NCBI GenBank assembly: GCA_037137535.1
Contig: JBAXKC010000001.1
Span: 280,584-344,583, forward strand
Direction of reading: 5' to 3'
Source: a bacterium
GTDB taxonomy: Bacteria; Cyanobacteriota; Vampirovibrionia; Gastranaerophilales; JBAXKC01
Length of the DNA stretch: 64,000 bases
In this document: piece after piece, positions 49,995-59,977 of the stretch
How the letters are laid out: each line of letters begins with the position of its first letter
How positions within the stretch are numbered: the first letter of the stretch is position 1
The notes under the pieces: generated by a model
What the model was told of the DNA's origin: nothing
The model's database searches: none
What the model saw: the letters and a program-made list of their open reading frames with translations, nothing else
Program-made: the position numbers and the translations under genes

Positions 49995-51053
49995 CTATTT
50001 TAGCAGATTATCCATGCTTTCTAACTCATCTACAATACTGATTGCAACTTTATTTTTTTTCGTTCCCGGTCTTGCCAAAAATTTTGGTAAATTATTAACA
50101 TTAACAATAAGATTATCACTTACAAAGCTGTCAAGCATTAAAACATCACCGTCTTTAAGGTCAAGAAGCTCATTTACGCTTATTTCAGTATTTCCCAAAA
50201 CAACATTCATATTTACTTTTGTATTATTTAATTTAAAGAGAATATTTTCTTTATCTTCAGGTGCTTGAATAATACCCTTTGTCTGGAAAATATGTTGTGA
50301 GCTTAACTGACTTAATACTGTCTCAAGAACAGGATAAGGAAAACAAATACTTAAAAGGCCCGAATATTTACCTCCAATTTGAATTTCCAATGTTATCAAC
50401 GCAACTATTTCACCCGGTCCTGCTATTTGAATAAGAGCATAAGTGCTATCCATACCTATAATAGAACTTTGCACAGGATAGATATTTCTCCACGATTCTT
50501 CAAGCGTTTTAATAAGTTTTAAAAATACTCTTTTTACCAGAGCTTCTTCTATGTCTGTCAACTCTCTGGATTTAGCTTCACTTGAACCTATGCCGCCAAG
50601 CATTCTATCTACGATACAAGATGTTATCTCATGACTCAAGCCAACGAGAACTTGTCCCGGCAAAGGATTAAGTTCTATAACGCCAATTGTTACGGGACTT
50701 GGCATAGAGCGGGCAAATTCATCATAAGTCAACTGATCAACGGAAATTACATCGATCTCGATATGCAATCTTAAATAAGCTCCAAGCACAAGTGATAATT
50801 GCCTGCAAAATTCCTTATGAATATCCTGCAAAGCTCTTAAATGATCTTTAGAAAATTTATCAGGTCTTCTAAAGTTATATAACTTATAACCTTTTTTATC
50901 CTCATCAACGGAAATATCTTCAATAGAAGGAACCACATCAAAAGCAACGGATAAATCCGCTGAGGCTTGCGAAGAAGCCGAGTCTGGTCCTGCCGTTAAA
51001 GTTGACAGCAGCCTATCTATCTCGTCCTGTGATAGTATATCTGATTCTGCCAA
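49995..51053 (-). CDS. fliM: Flagellar motor switch protein FliM
   Basis: LSQDEIDRLL, YNFRRPDKFSK. Confidence 0.96.
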   Translation of the reverse strand: MAESDILSQDEIDRLLSTLTAGPDSASSQASADLSVAFDVVPSIEDISVDEDKKGYKLYNFRRPDKFSKDHLRALQDIHKEFCRQLSLVLGAYLRLHIEIDVISVDQLTYDEFARSMPSPVTIGVIELNPLPGQVLVGLSHEITSCIVDRMLGGIGSSEAKSRELTDIEEALVKRVFLKLIKTLEESWRNIYPVQSSIIGMDSTYALIQIAGPGEIVALITLEIQIGGKYSGLLSICFPYPVLETVLSQLSSQHIFQTKGIIQAPEDKENILFKLNNTKVNMNVVLGNTEISVNELLDLKDGDVLMLDSFVSDNLIVNVNNLPKFLARPGTKKNKVAISIVDELESMDNLLK

Positions 51054-51064
51054 GAATTATCTCC

Positions 51065-51712
51065 TTACTGGATTATAAAAGTACCGAAACTTACTCTTAA
51101 AACTTCTCTTTCTCCGCCAAAAACAGCATTTATGCCTTCTTTGATTTCATCTTTGGCTTTTTCTTTACCTTCAGCACTGGATAATTCCTCTGCCGCTTTT
51201 GAAGAAAGAACTGTAATTATACTATCTCTGATAGCAGGTTTAAATTGATCCATTTCTTTAGCAAATGCTTCCATAGGACTCGGGCCTTTTTTCTCGCCTT
51301 CACCACCGCCAGCTGCTTCTTCTTTTGGATCAGTCGGCAATTTAGAAAGCTCTACCGCCACATCTACTTTAAGATATCTTTTTGTCTTTGTATCACTAAG
51401 ATTTAATATAAATTCGCCAAGATCAAGGATTAAACCTCGTTCAACCTGATCTCCTTCTCCTGCTGCCGCTGCATCTGTGCCATCAGCACTTGCGGCTGAG
51501 TCACCACCGGCAATTTTACTTGCGATAGTCCCAACACTGCTTTGAACTATAAAATAATTACTTGCCACAAATACTATGCAAATTACTAATGTTACTATCG
51601 CATTTGTAATAATAAATTTTGTTCCGTTCAATTCCTCTGTGTCCTTTCCGTTATCACTTTGCGTGCCTTCGGCTTTTGGCTTTACACCTCTCGGTTGTGT
51701 CGATTTTACCAT
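51065..51712 (-). CDS. fliL: Flagellar basal body protein FliL
   Basis: Single TM; FILNLSD...RYLKV, IRDSIITVLSSK, ends FIIQ. Confidence 0.9.
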   Translation of the reverse strand: MVKSTQPRGVKPKAEGTQSDNGKDTEELNGTKFIITNAIVTLVICIVFVASNYFIVQSSVGTIASKIAGGDSAASADGTDAAAAGEGDQVERGLILDLGEFILNLSDTKTKRYLKVDVAVELSKLPTDPKEEAAGGGEGEKKGPSPMEAFAKEMDQFKPAIRDSIITVLSSKAAEELSSAEGKEKAKDEIKEGINAVFGGEREVLRVSFGTFIIQ

Positions 51713-51729
51713 ATCATCCGCTCCCTAAG

Positions 51730-52569
51730 TTACAAAACTTTTTGGGGTTCAAAAATTTTACTCGCTGAATTTAATATTATAATGTCAACTCTTCTGTTTG
51801 CAGAACGTCCAGTCATACTAGAATTGTCTGAAATTGGTATATTATCGCCATAACCGGCAGCAGAAAACCTTGAAGGATTGAGATTATTAGAATTCACAAA
51901 ATATCTTAAAATATTTGTTGCTCTTGCCGTAGAAAGTTCCCAGTTAGAAGGAAATTTGGCTGTTTTAATGGGAATAATATCGGTATGCCCCTCTATTTTT
52001 ATCTCATTATCACAACTTCCAAGAACAAAAGCCAGCTGATTCAAAACATTATAAGCTCGTTGTTTAATTATATCAGATCCCGCATCAAAAAGTACTGTAT
52101 CTTTTAGACGAATTAAAAGCCCTCGAGGTTCTTTTTTCACAATAATTCCGTTTATTTGCCCGAGCTTATTTTCAAGTAAGGTCTGAGTATTTTGTATAGA
52201 GATAACGTCTTTTTCTAAATTACGCTCAACTTGCTTTAATTGAGCTCTTAGTGTTTTTACTTCAGCTTTTGAACTATCTGTCTCCATAGAATGTTGCTGA
52301 ATATTCACTTTTGTAAGCGAAAAAATCTTCAAAAGTTTACGTTTTTGCTCAAGAAGCTGCTTCTCGTCTTTTAAAGACATAACGGGTTGCTTTACATTTG
52401 TAAAAACATTATCAACAGAATCGGTAAAATCTCTTAAATTACTGATATCTATCTGACTAAGCGCATATAAAACCATAAATAACGCCAATAAAAGCGTTAC
52501 AAAATCAGCATAAGAGACAAGCCATCTATTTTTATAACTTTCAGGATATTCTAAATGCTTATTTAACAT
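51730..52569 (-). CDS. motB: Flagellar stator MotB (OmpA-like domain)
   Basis: RWLVSYADFVTLLLALF, EGHTD, SNWELSTARA, NRRVDI. Confidence 0.95.
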   Translation of the reverse strand: MLNKHLEYPESYKNRWLVSYADFVTLLLALFMVLYALSQIDISNLRDFTDSVDNVFTNVKQPVMSLKDEKQLLEQKRKLLKIFSLTKVNIQQHSMETDSSKAEVKTLRAQLKQVERNLEKDVISIQNTQTLLENKLGQINGIIVKKEPRGLLIRLKDTVLFDAGSDIIKQRAYNVLNQLAFVLGSCDNEIKIEGHTDIIPIKTAKFPSNWELSTARATNILRYFVNSNNLNPSRFSAAGYGDNIPISDNSSMTGRSANRRVDIIILNSASKIFEPQKVL

Positions 52570-52570
52570 A

Positions 52571-53365
52571 CTAAAAAACCTCTTCCGCCGTAAAATCAGA
52601 GTTAAAGTTATTAGACATATTGAAATATCTTAAATACCTGAGTAGCTTTTCCTCTATTAAAGCAGGGTTTTCACCATTATGAATGGCAAGGATACCTTCC
52701 GCTATCATTTCGTTGATAACAATTCTTTCTTTTAATTTAAATCTTAATTTTCCGGCTAATGGTAAAAACAGCATATTGGCAAAACCGACTCCGTATAAAG
52801 TAGCAATAAAAGCTGTTGCAATACCTTGCCCTAATTCATGAGGACTTTCAAGATTTTTCATAACACCGATAAGTCCCAAAACTGCGCCTAAAACACCAAA
52901 AGTAGGGGAATATCCGCCAAGTGCCTCTAAAACATGTACAGAATAAGACAACCGCTCTTCTTCTGTTTGGATTTCAGAATATAAAATTTCCTTTAAAAGC
53001 TGGGTGTTATTTATATCAAGTGATAATTTAATCGAATGAGTCAGAAACGGATTTTGTATATTTTGAATATAACTTTGAATCGACAATAAACCATTTTGCC
53101 TTGCAACTGTTGATAAATCAAGAATTTGAACCGCCAGCTCAACAGGCTGCTCTTCTGTTCTCATAAAAACATTTTTAACATCTCTATAGGCTGACAGTAG
53201 ATGAGCAGGAGAAAAATTAATCATAACCGCACCAATACTACCGCCCATCACGACAATAAAGGCTAACGGCTGAAAAACAATCGACACCGATCCCGTTTCT
53301 ATAACAAGAGCGGAAAAAAGTGCTATTATTCCAATTACAAGTCCTACTATACTCCCAAAGTCCAT
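52571..53365 (-). CDS. motA: Flagellar stator MotA
   Basis: PTFGVLGAVLGLI, AFIATLYGV, GENP. Confidence 0.95.
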   Translation of the reverse strand: MDFGSIVGLVIGIIALFSALVIETGSVSIVFQPLAFIVVMGGSIGAVMINFSPAHLLSAYRDVKNVFMRTEEQPVELAVQILDLSTVARQNGLLSIQSYIQNIQNPFLTHSIKLSLDINNTQLLKEILYSEIQTEEERLSYSVHVLEALGGYSPTFGVLGAVLGLIGVMKNLESPHELGQGIATAFIATLYGVGFANMLFLPLAGKLRFKLKERIVINEMIAEGILAIHNGENPALIEEKLLRYLRYFNMSNNFNSDFTAEEVF

Positions 53366-53591
53366 TTATTTATTTTCCCCAATTTTTTAGTACAGTAAAA
53401 TCCCAATTTTCCTCATGTTAGAGAATAACTGTTTATAAGGGAAATTTCTATCCATTAAAAAAAGGATTTTATAATTTACTGTTTATTTTTGAATCAACAT
53501 AAGAAATTCTTTAGACTATGATAAAATAACAAAACAATTTGCTTAAAATAAGTGATAATATATTAATTTTTAAAATAAGGTAATTAAATTA

Positions 53592-54518
53592 ATGAAATTA
53601 AAAGAAATTTACGCTCAATCAAAAACCTCTTCGCTTAGCTCAGATAAAGTGATTTCTTTTGAAATATTCCCACCAAAATATCAATCAGAAGAAGACAAAG
53701 TCCAAAAACTTGATACTCTTTTCAATGAATTAAAAATCCTAGCAGAATTTAACCCTGCTTATATCTCTGTAACCTATGGAGCGGGTGGTTCTACAAGAGA
53801 AAGAAGCTTTGAAATCGTTTTAAAGATTAAAAATGAACTTAATATTTGTCCAATGCCTCATTATACTTGCGTTGGTTCTTCAAAAACAGAAATAAGCCAG
53901 TATTTAAATATGATACAAGAAGCAGGAATCTTGAATATCCTTGCCCTTAGAGGAGATCCACCAGCCGGAGAAGAAAAATTCATTAAAGCAGAGAATGGTT
54001 TTGGATATGCAAATGAGCTTGTTGACTTTATAAACAACAGTACCGACCTTGGTATTGCTGTTGCAGGTTATCCGGAAATACATCAGGAATGTGAAAGCTT
54101 TGAAAAAGACATTGAAAACCTTAAAAGAAAAGTTGACTCGGGCGCAGATGCAATAATAACTCAACTTTTCTATGATAATAATGTTTTTTATAATTTCGTT
54201 GAAAAAGCACAGAATGCTGGAATCAATATCCCTATAATACCAGGAATATTACCGATTACAGGACTTGTTCAAATAGAAAAGATAACTGCTATGTGTTCTG
54301 CAAAAGTACCTGAAACGCTTATGCAAAAATTAAGAGAGAATCAGGACAATAAAGAAACAGTAAAAAACATTGGCCTTACTTTTGCGAAAGACCAATGTTC
54401 TGATTTACTAAAAAATGGAGTTCCCGGAATACACTTCTATACTCTTAATAAAGCTGCTGCGGTTAAGGAAGTTATTGAAGATATAGGAATGTGTAATCCT
54501 ATAACTGTTAAGCAATAA
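53592..54518 (+). CDS. metF: Methylenetetrahydrofolate reductase
   Basis: SFEIFPPK, SVTYGAGGST, LALRGDPP, ITQLFYD, GIHFYTLN. Confidence 0.96.
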   Translation: MKLKEIYAQSKTSSLSSDKVISFEIFPPKYQSEEDKVQKLDTLFNELKILAEFNPAYISVTYGAGGSTRERSFEIVLKIKNELNICPMPHYTCVGSSKTEISQYLNMIQEAGILNILALRGDPPAGEEKFIKAENGFGYANELVDFINNSTDLGIAVAGYPEIHQECESFEKDIENLKRKVDSGADAIITQLFYDNNVFYNFVEKAQNAGINIPIIPGILPITGLVQIEKITAMCSAKVPETLMQKLRENQDNKETVKNIGLTFAKDQCSDLLKNGVPGIHFYTLNKAAAVKEVIEDIGMCNPITVKQ

Positions 54519-55452
54519 TATGTGTTCCAATTTCTTTGTTTTCAACCGCCTCTGCCGCTAATTCAGGGGTGGTTATTACTGCTCTTTTTCCGCCATTCTT
54601 AACGAATTTAATTGCAGCAAGAACTTTTGGAAGCATACTTCCTGAGCCAAATTCTTTATTTGCAACAAGTTTTTCAGCTTCTTCTACGGTAATTTTACCT
54701 AAAGATTGCTGATTTTCTTTTCCAAAATTAATATACGCATTTGCAACGCCTGTTGATATAAGCAGAATATCAGCATTTAAACTTGAAGCCAAAAGACTGG
54801 AAGTCATATCTTTATCAATTACAGCAGCAATTCCGCTGATAATGCCGTCATTTTTAACAACGGGAATACCGCCTCCGCCACAAGCAATAACAGTATTTTC
54901 AGCATCTATAAGAGTTTTAATCTGTTTAAGTTCAAGGATTTCAACAGGTAAAGGAGAAGCAACAACTTGCCTGTAACCTCTTCCGCTGTCTTCTTTCATA
55001 ATTAAGCCAAATCTTTCAGAAATAACTTCTGCATCCTGCTTGTTATAAAACTTACCGATAGGCTTTGTCGGATTTTGAAAAGCGCTGTCATTAGCATCAA
55101 CAACCGTTCTTGTAACAACAGAGACTAAATTAGGCTCTAAGCCCTCTTCTATAAAGCTTTTTTCAAGTGCGTTAGAGATAAGATAACCAAGTTGTCCTTG
55201 CGACATTGCGCCACAATAGTCCAAAGAAATGTCATAGCTTATATTTCTTGTATTTTCAACTCTTGATAAAATATTTCCGACCTGTGGTCCGTTTCCATGA
55301 GTGACAACTGTTTTATATCCTTTTTTAACAAGCTTTGCTATATTTTTTCCTGTTATATAAGCATTTTCATATTGTTCCTGCATATTTCCTTCTTGTCCGT
55401 CACGAATTAAGGAGTTTCCGCCTATCGCCACAACGACTGTCTTATAATTCAT
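54508..55452 (-). CDS. arcC: Carbamate kinase
   Basis: VAIGGNS, THGNGPQVG, NPTKPIG, GYRQVVASP, GSMLPKV. Confidence 0.95.
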   Translation of the reverse strand: MNYKTVVVAIGGNSLIRDGQEGNMQEQYENAYITGKNIAKLVKKGYKTVVTHGNGPQVGNILSRVENTRNISYDISLDYCGAMSQGQLGYLISNALEKSFIEEGLEPNLVSVVTRTVVDANDSAFQNPTKPIGKFYNKQDAEVISERFGLIMKEDSGRGYRQVVASPLPVEILELKQIKTLIDAENTVIACGGGGIPVVKNDGIISGIAAVIDKDMTSSLLASSLNADILLISTGVANAYINFGKENQQSLGKITVEEAEKLVANKEFGSGSMLPKVLAAIKFVKNGGKRAVITTPELAAEAVENKEIGTHIIA

Positions 55453-56458
55453 AATTTTTTAACTCCAATATTTTCTTTTCTGCCATACCGTTTTCTACAT
55501 GATCTCTTGCTATTATTATGCCTTCTTCTAATGTACTGCACTTACCTCCTGCCCAAAGAATTGCCGAAGTATTCAATAAAACCGCATATAGTTTTGCCTC
55601 ATTGCTTTTTCCACTTAAAACTTCTTCAACTATTTTTGCGTTTTCTTCAGCTTTTCCACCCTTTAACTCTTCTAACGTATATGTTTTTAATCCTAAATCT
55701 TCGGGATATATTGAATATTCTTCTATTTTACCGTTTTCAATTTTATAAACGTTTGTTTTTCCGCATATATTTAATTCATCGATGGTTGGATTTTCCCCAT
55801 TCACAACCATTGCACGCTCACAACCCAAATTTAATAAAACTTGAGAGAGTTTTTTTGCATAATCATTATCCGCAACCCCTAAAACCTGTCCTGTCGGTCT
55901 TATAGGATTAGTTAAAGGTCCAATATAATTAAAAAACGTTCTAAAGCCAAGCTCTTTTCTTATTGCAACTACATTTCTCGTTGAAGTATGAAAATAAGGA
56001 GCATGTAAAAAGGCTATATTAGTTGAGGACAAAGAGTTAATAACATTTTCAGATGTTCTTGAAAGTTCAAATCCCAAAGCCTCAACAACATTACTGCTTC
56101 CGCTAAGACTGGTATATCCAAAATTAGAGTGTTTTGCCATCATAACGCCACATGCAGACGCTAAAACAGCCGAAGCCGTTGAAATATTAAACGTATTAGT
56201 GCCATCTCCGCCTGTTCCGCAAGAGTCCACTATTGGCTGATTGTGACTGATATCAATTTTTTGAGCAAGCTCAATAAGTCCTTGAGCAAAACCTGTGAGT
56301 TCTTCAACAGTTTCACCTTTCATTTTTAAGGCCGTTAGAAGAGAACCTATTTGAGCATAAGTTATTTTATCTTCTGAAATCAAGGTTATTATCTGTTTTG
56401 CTTCAATCCTCGAAAGATTTTTATATTCTGTTATTCTTTTTAAAAAATCTTTTATCAT
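55442..56458 (-). CDS. trpD: Anthranilate phosphoribosyltransferase
   Basis: DSCGTGGDG..TFNIST, KHSN, GPLTNP. Confidence 0.95.
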   Translation of the reverse strand: MIKDFLKRITEYKNLSRIEAKQIITLISEDKITYAQIGSLLTALKMKGETVEELTGFAQGLIELAQKIDISHNQPIVDSCGTGGDGTNTFNISTASAVLASACGVMMAKHSNFGYTSLSGSSNVVEALGFELSRTSENVINSLSSTNIAFLHAPYFHTSTRNVVAIRKELGFRTFFNYIGPLTNPIRPTGQVLGVADNDYAKKLSQVLLNLGCERAMVVNGENPTIDELNICGKTNVYKIENGKIEEYSIYPEDLGLKTYTLEELKGGKAEENAKIVEEVLSGKSNEAKLYAVLLNTSAILWAGGKCSTLEEGIIIARDHVENGMAEKKILELKNYEL

Positions 56459-56460
56459 AT

Positions 56461-57045
56461 TTACTCTAAACTTAAAAAATTACTTAAAAGCGTATGTCCA
56501 TGCTCAGTAAGTATCGCTTCGGGATGGAACTGCACACCTACTAAATTTGGAATTTCTTTATGACGAACAGCCATAACAAGCCCATCAGGAGTTTGTGCGG
56601 TTATTTTTAGCGAAGTTCCATTAATAGAGTCTTTATCAATTAAAAGAGAGTGGTATCTCGTTGCTGTAAAAGGATTTGATATCCCTTCAAATAACTTTTC
56701 GCCCTCTTCGTAAATAATCTGCGAAGTTTTACCATGCATCAGATAAGGAGCTCTTACTACCTTTGCCCCAAATACTTCACCAATAGCCTGATGCCCAAGA
56801 CAAACACCTAAAATTGGATATTTGCCAGCTAAATCAGAAATAACCTTTTTTGAAATACCTGCTTCATCAGGAGTTCCAGGGCCGGGCGAAATTATAATAT
56901 GAGAAGGCTTGAGGGACCGGATTTCTTCAAGCGTTATTTTATCATTTCTAAAAACAACACATTCAGCGTTTAATTCGCCTAAATACTGAATTATGTTATA
57001 TACAAAAGAGTCATAATTATCTATTACGACAATCATATTTATCAA
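56461..57045 (-). CDS. trpG: Anthranilate/aminodeoxychorismate synthase component II (glutamine amidotransferase)
   Basis: IDNYDSF, SPGPG, GVCLGHQ, QFHPE. Confidence 0.93.
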   Translation of the reverse strand: MINMIVVIDNYDSFVYNIIQYLGELNAECVVFRNDKITLEEIRSLKPSHIIISPGPGTPDEAGISKKVISDLAGKYPILGVCLGHQAIGEVFGAKVVRAPYLMHGKTSQIIYEEGEKLFEGISNPFTATRYHSLLIDKDSINGTSLKITAQTPDGLVMAVRHKEIPNLVGVQFHPEAILTEHGHTLLSNFLSLE

Positions 57046-57081
57046 TCCTTATTATGTAAAAAAATAATTATAACAGCATAA

Positions 57082-57675
57082 TTAAGCGTTTAGCAATTCG
57101 TTTATAAGATTTTTAGCAAGAGTTGTTAATTCTTCAAGAGAGCCATTATTCCAAAGTATAAAATCAGCTTTTTTTATTTTTTCTTCCTGTGAAATCTGCG
57201 ATTTTATGCGTAATAAAGCTTCTTCTTCCGTAAAATTATTTCTTTTCATAAGTCTTTGAATTTGGGTAGCTGAATCTACGCCAACAATAATAATTTTATC
57301 GAACATATCAGCCATATTCGCTTCAAAAAGCAGTGGCACTACTGCAACAGCTAGCTTTTTATCATAATTATCACTAAAAAATCGATTGATTTTATCTTTT
57401 ACTATAGGATGCAATATTAATTCAAGAGCTTTAAGTTTTTCTTTGTCTTTAAATACAATAGATCCAAGCTTTTGGCGGTTAATTTTACCTTTTTCATTTA
57501 ATATATCAAGATTTTCAAAAAGAGAATAAACCTTAGAAATAACAAAATCATCATATGCCAACAAATCATGTACGATTTTATCGGAATCGATGCAAGAAAT
57601 GCCCTCTTGAATAAATATGCTTTCAACGAAGCTTTTTCCGCTTGCTATATTGCCTGTAAGTCCAAGTTTTAACAT
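57082..57675 (-). CDS. coaE: Dephospho-CoA kinase
   Basis: GLTGNIASGKS, VPLLFE, RIKSQ. Confidence 0.95.
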   Translation of the reverse strand: MLKLGLTGNIASGKSFVESIFIQEGISCIDSDKIVHDLLAYDDFVISKVYSLFENLDILNEKGKINRQKLGSIVFKDKEKLKALELILHPIVKDKINRFFSDNYDKKLAVAVVPLLFEANMADMFDKIIIVGVDSATQIQRLMKRNNFTEEEALLRIKSQISQEEKIKKADFILWNNGSLEELTTLAKNLINELLNA

Positions 57676-58643
57676 TGTTTGGGCTTGTCAATCGTGTCTT
57701 TACAAACTTGTGCTAATTTTAATCCACCTATAGCTCCTAATCCAGTTACTAAATATGTACTAAAAGCAAGTGCGTTAGATTTTAAAATTTTATTAAAAAC
57801 CGATGTAGGGAGCTTATCTTTTAAAAATTTTAATCCATGAATAGAAGCTAAACCTTCTTCTGCCAACATAGGCAAGAAGGACAAAGCCCCAAGAACAGGA
57901 GCATTATTACCTATAAATTTAACAACTTTATTTATGGGATTATTATTTTTGTCAGTCTTTTCAATTTTATTAGACTTAAAGGCAGTACAAGCCAAAATCA
58001 CAGGAATAAAGGCTGGAAACATACGCGAAGCACCAATAAAGCTATTTATAAATTTGCCTGAATTTGCATTAATAGAATGACCGATTTCATGAAATAAATA
58101 CATACTTTGTTTTTTTGCTACTACTATTTTATTTAAAGAGGGAAGAAAGCTAGCATTATCACCTTGAACTATTTGCGATGTAAGATCAACCGATAAAACA
58201 TTAACAAATTTATCAATTCGTTGATTTAATTCAACAGACTTAAATGCCTTAAATAATTTTATAATTATATTATCAGATGAATCTTTAAATATTAAATCTT
58301 TAATTTTTGAAGTAATCTGCGGTGAAGAATCTGCAACAACCAGCTCAACTTTATTTTCAAGGTTAGCCTTCTTTAAAAACTTATTAGCTAATTCTATACC
58401 TTCTTGATCAGCAAGTCCTATAGATTGATTATTATATTTATTAAAATTTGGAAATATAAAAGCATTTAAAAAAGAAGAAGTCGCTTTATTTACTGCAGCA
58501 TTAGCAACATAAGCAACGGGAACAGCAGCCACATATTTTAGAGTAGGATTTAACTCTTTTTTATTTTTATCATCATTTTTATTTGACGTAAAAGACGGAA
58601 CAGCTTTATTATTATACGCTTTTACTGCACTATTCATTATCAT
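57669..58643 (-). CDS. Hypothetical membrane protein with zinc-metallopeptidase motif
   Basis: FHEIGH plus downstream EEGLAS and AFSTY. Confidence 0.7.
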   Translation of the reverse strand: MIMNSAVKAYNNKAVPSFTSNKNDDKNKKELNPTLKYVAAVPVAYVANAAVNKATSSFLNAFIFPNFNKYNNQSIGLADQEGIELANKFLKKANLENKVELVVADSSPQITSKIKDLIFKDSSDNIIIKLFKAFKSVELNQRIDKFVNVLSVDLTSQIVQGDNASFLPSLNKIVVAKKQSMYLFHEIGHSINANSGKFINSFIGASRMFPAFIPVILACTAFKSNKIEKTDKNNNPINKVVKFIGNNAPVLGALSFLPMLAEEGLASIHGLKFLKDKLPTSVFNKILKSNALAFSTYLVTGLGAIGGLKLAQVCKDTIDKPKQC

Positions 58644-58697
58644 TTTGATAATTTCCTTATTCTAGTTAATAATAATAAAATAAACATAAGAATTAAA

Positions 58698-59816
58698 TTG
58701 CTATCTTATAGGAATATGTTAATGAATTTTAATGAACAAATAATGAGCCAATGCATAGAACTAGCAAGACTCAGTGAAGGATATGTTTCGCCTAATCCGC
58801 TTGTAGGCTCAATTGTCATGGATAAAAACGGTAATATCGCAGGCAAAGGCTGGCATAAAAAATATGGTGAAGCCCATGCCGAAGTAAATGCAATAGCCGA
58901 AGCTGGAGATGAAGCCTGTAATGATGGAACTATTTTTGTTTCGCTTGAACCATGTTCTCATTACGGAAAAACTCCTCCATGTGCTGATTTAATTATCAGC
59001 AAAGGATTTAAAAAAGTAATTGTCGGAATGATTGATCCAAACCCGAAAGTCGCAGGCGATGGAGTTAAAAAGTTAATTGATTCAGGTATAGAAGTAATTA
59101 CAGGTATTTTTGAAACTGAATGTCAAAAACTTAACGAAATTTTCATAAAACATATATTAGAAAAAAAACCTTTTATTTCAATAAAAACAGCCTCAACTCT
59201 TGACGGAAAAATAGCCGCAAGAACAGGTTCAAGCAAATGGATAACATCAGATTCGGCAAGAGAAGAAGTTCAAAGGTTACGAAACAAGTATGATGCGATT
59301 TTAACAGGTTCGGGAACAATTATTGCAGACAATCCATCACTTACAGCAAGAATAGAAAACGGAAGAAACCCTGTCAGAGTTATAATAGACAGTAAATTAA
59401 GAACTTCACCCGATTCTAAAGCCTATATAAATGACGGAACAAAAGTAATAATTGCAACCACAGAAGACCAAATTAAAGAAAAAGCTCATCTTTTTGCTGA
59501 AAACATAGAATTTTTAGCATGTCCTTTAACTCAAGAAAATATGCTAAATCTTAATTTCTTAACAGCAGAGCTTTATAAAAAAGGGATTTACAGCATATTA
59601 GTAGAAGCTGGCGGACACCTTAACGGTGGATTTATTAAAGACGGCTTAGTTGATAAAATTTACTTTTTTGTTGCCCCGAAGATTTTAGGTGACAATTCAG
59701 GATTTTCTATTATTGACGGATTTAACACAACTGACATAAACAAGAGTATTAAAATAAATTTTGGAGAAATACATAAATTTTCGCCAGATATTATGATAGA
59801 AGGTTATTTAAAATAA
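58698..59816 (+). CDS. ribD: Bifunctional riboflavin deaminase/reductase RibD
   Basis: PNPLVG, HAE, LEPCSHYGKTPPC, SKWITS, VEAGG. Confidence 0.96.
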   Translation: MLSYRNMLMNFNEQIMSQCIELARLSEGYVSPNPLVGSIVMDKNGNIAGKGWHKKYGEAHAEVNAIAEAGDEACNDGTIFVSLEPCSHYGKTPPCADLIISKGFKKVIVGMIDPNPKVAGDGVKKLIDSGIEVITGIFETECQKLNEIFIKHILEKKPFISIKTASTLDGKIAARTGSSKWITSDSAREEVQRLRNKYDAILTGSGTIIADNPSLTARIENGRNPVRVIIDSKLRTSPDSKAYINDGTKVIIATTEDQIKEKAHLFAENIEFLACPLTQENMLNLNFLTAELYKKGIYSILVEAGGHLNGGFIKDGLVDKIYFFVAPKILGDNSGFSIIDGFNTTDINKSIKINFGEIHKFSPDIMIEGYLK

Positions 59817-59977
59817 TTTTTTTTAAAAATTAAGCAATTTTTAATCTTGTTTTTGTTTTTTTTAAGAACAGTTGTAATTAACTAAAATTTATATTAAGAA
59901 CTTGCTTAAATTGTTGAATTATGACTATCTTTGTGGCAATAATAAAGTAAATTTAATAACTGGAAATATTTAGAGAC

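Noticed and set aside
53366-53591. SAM riboswitch upstream of metF (also FMN riboswitch before ribD, T-box before trpG)
   Set aside because: Regions are short or AT-rich and lack the conserved aptamer sequences
59828-59912. Imperfect inverted repeat (ttaagcaa..ttgcttaa) as a MITE
   Set aside because: AT-rich, imperfect, single copy and without an evident target-site duplication
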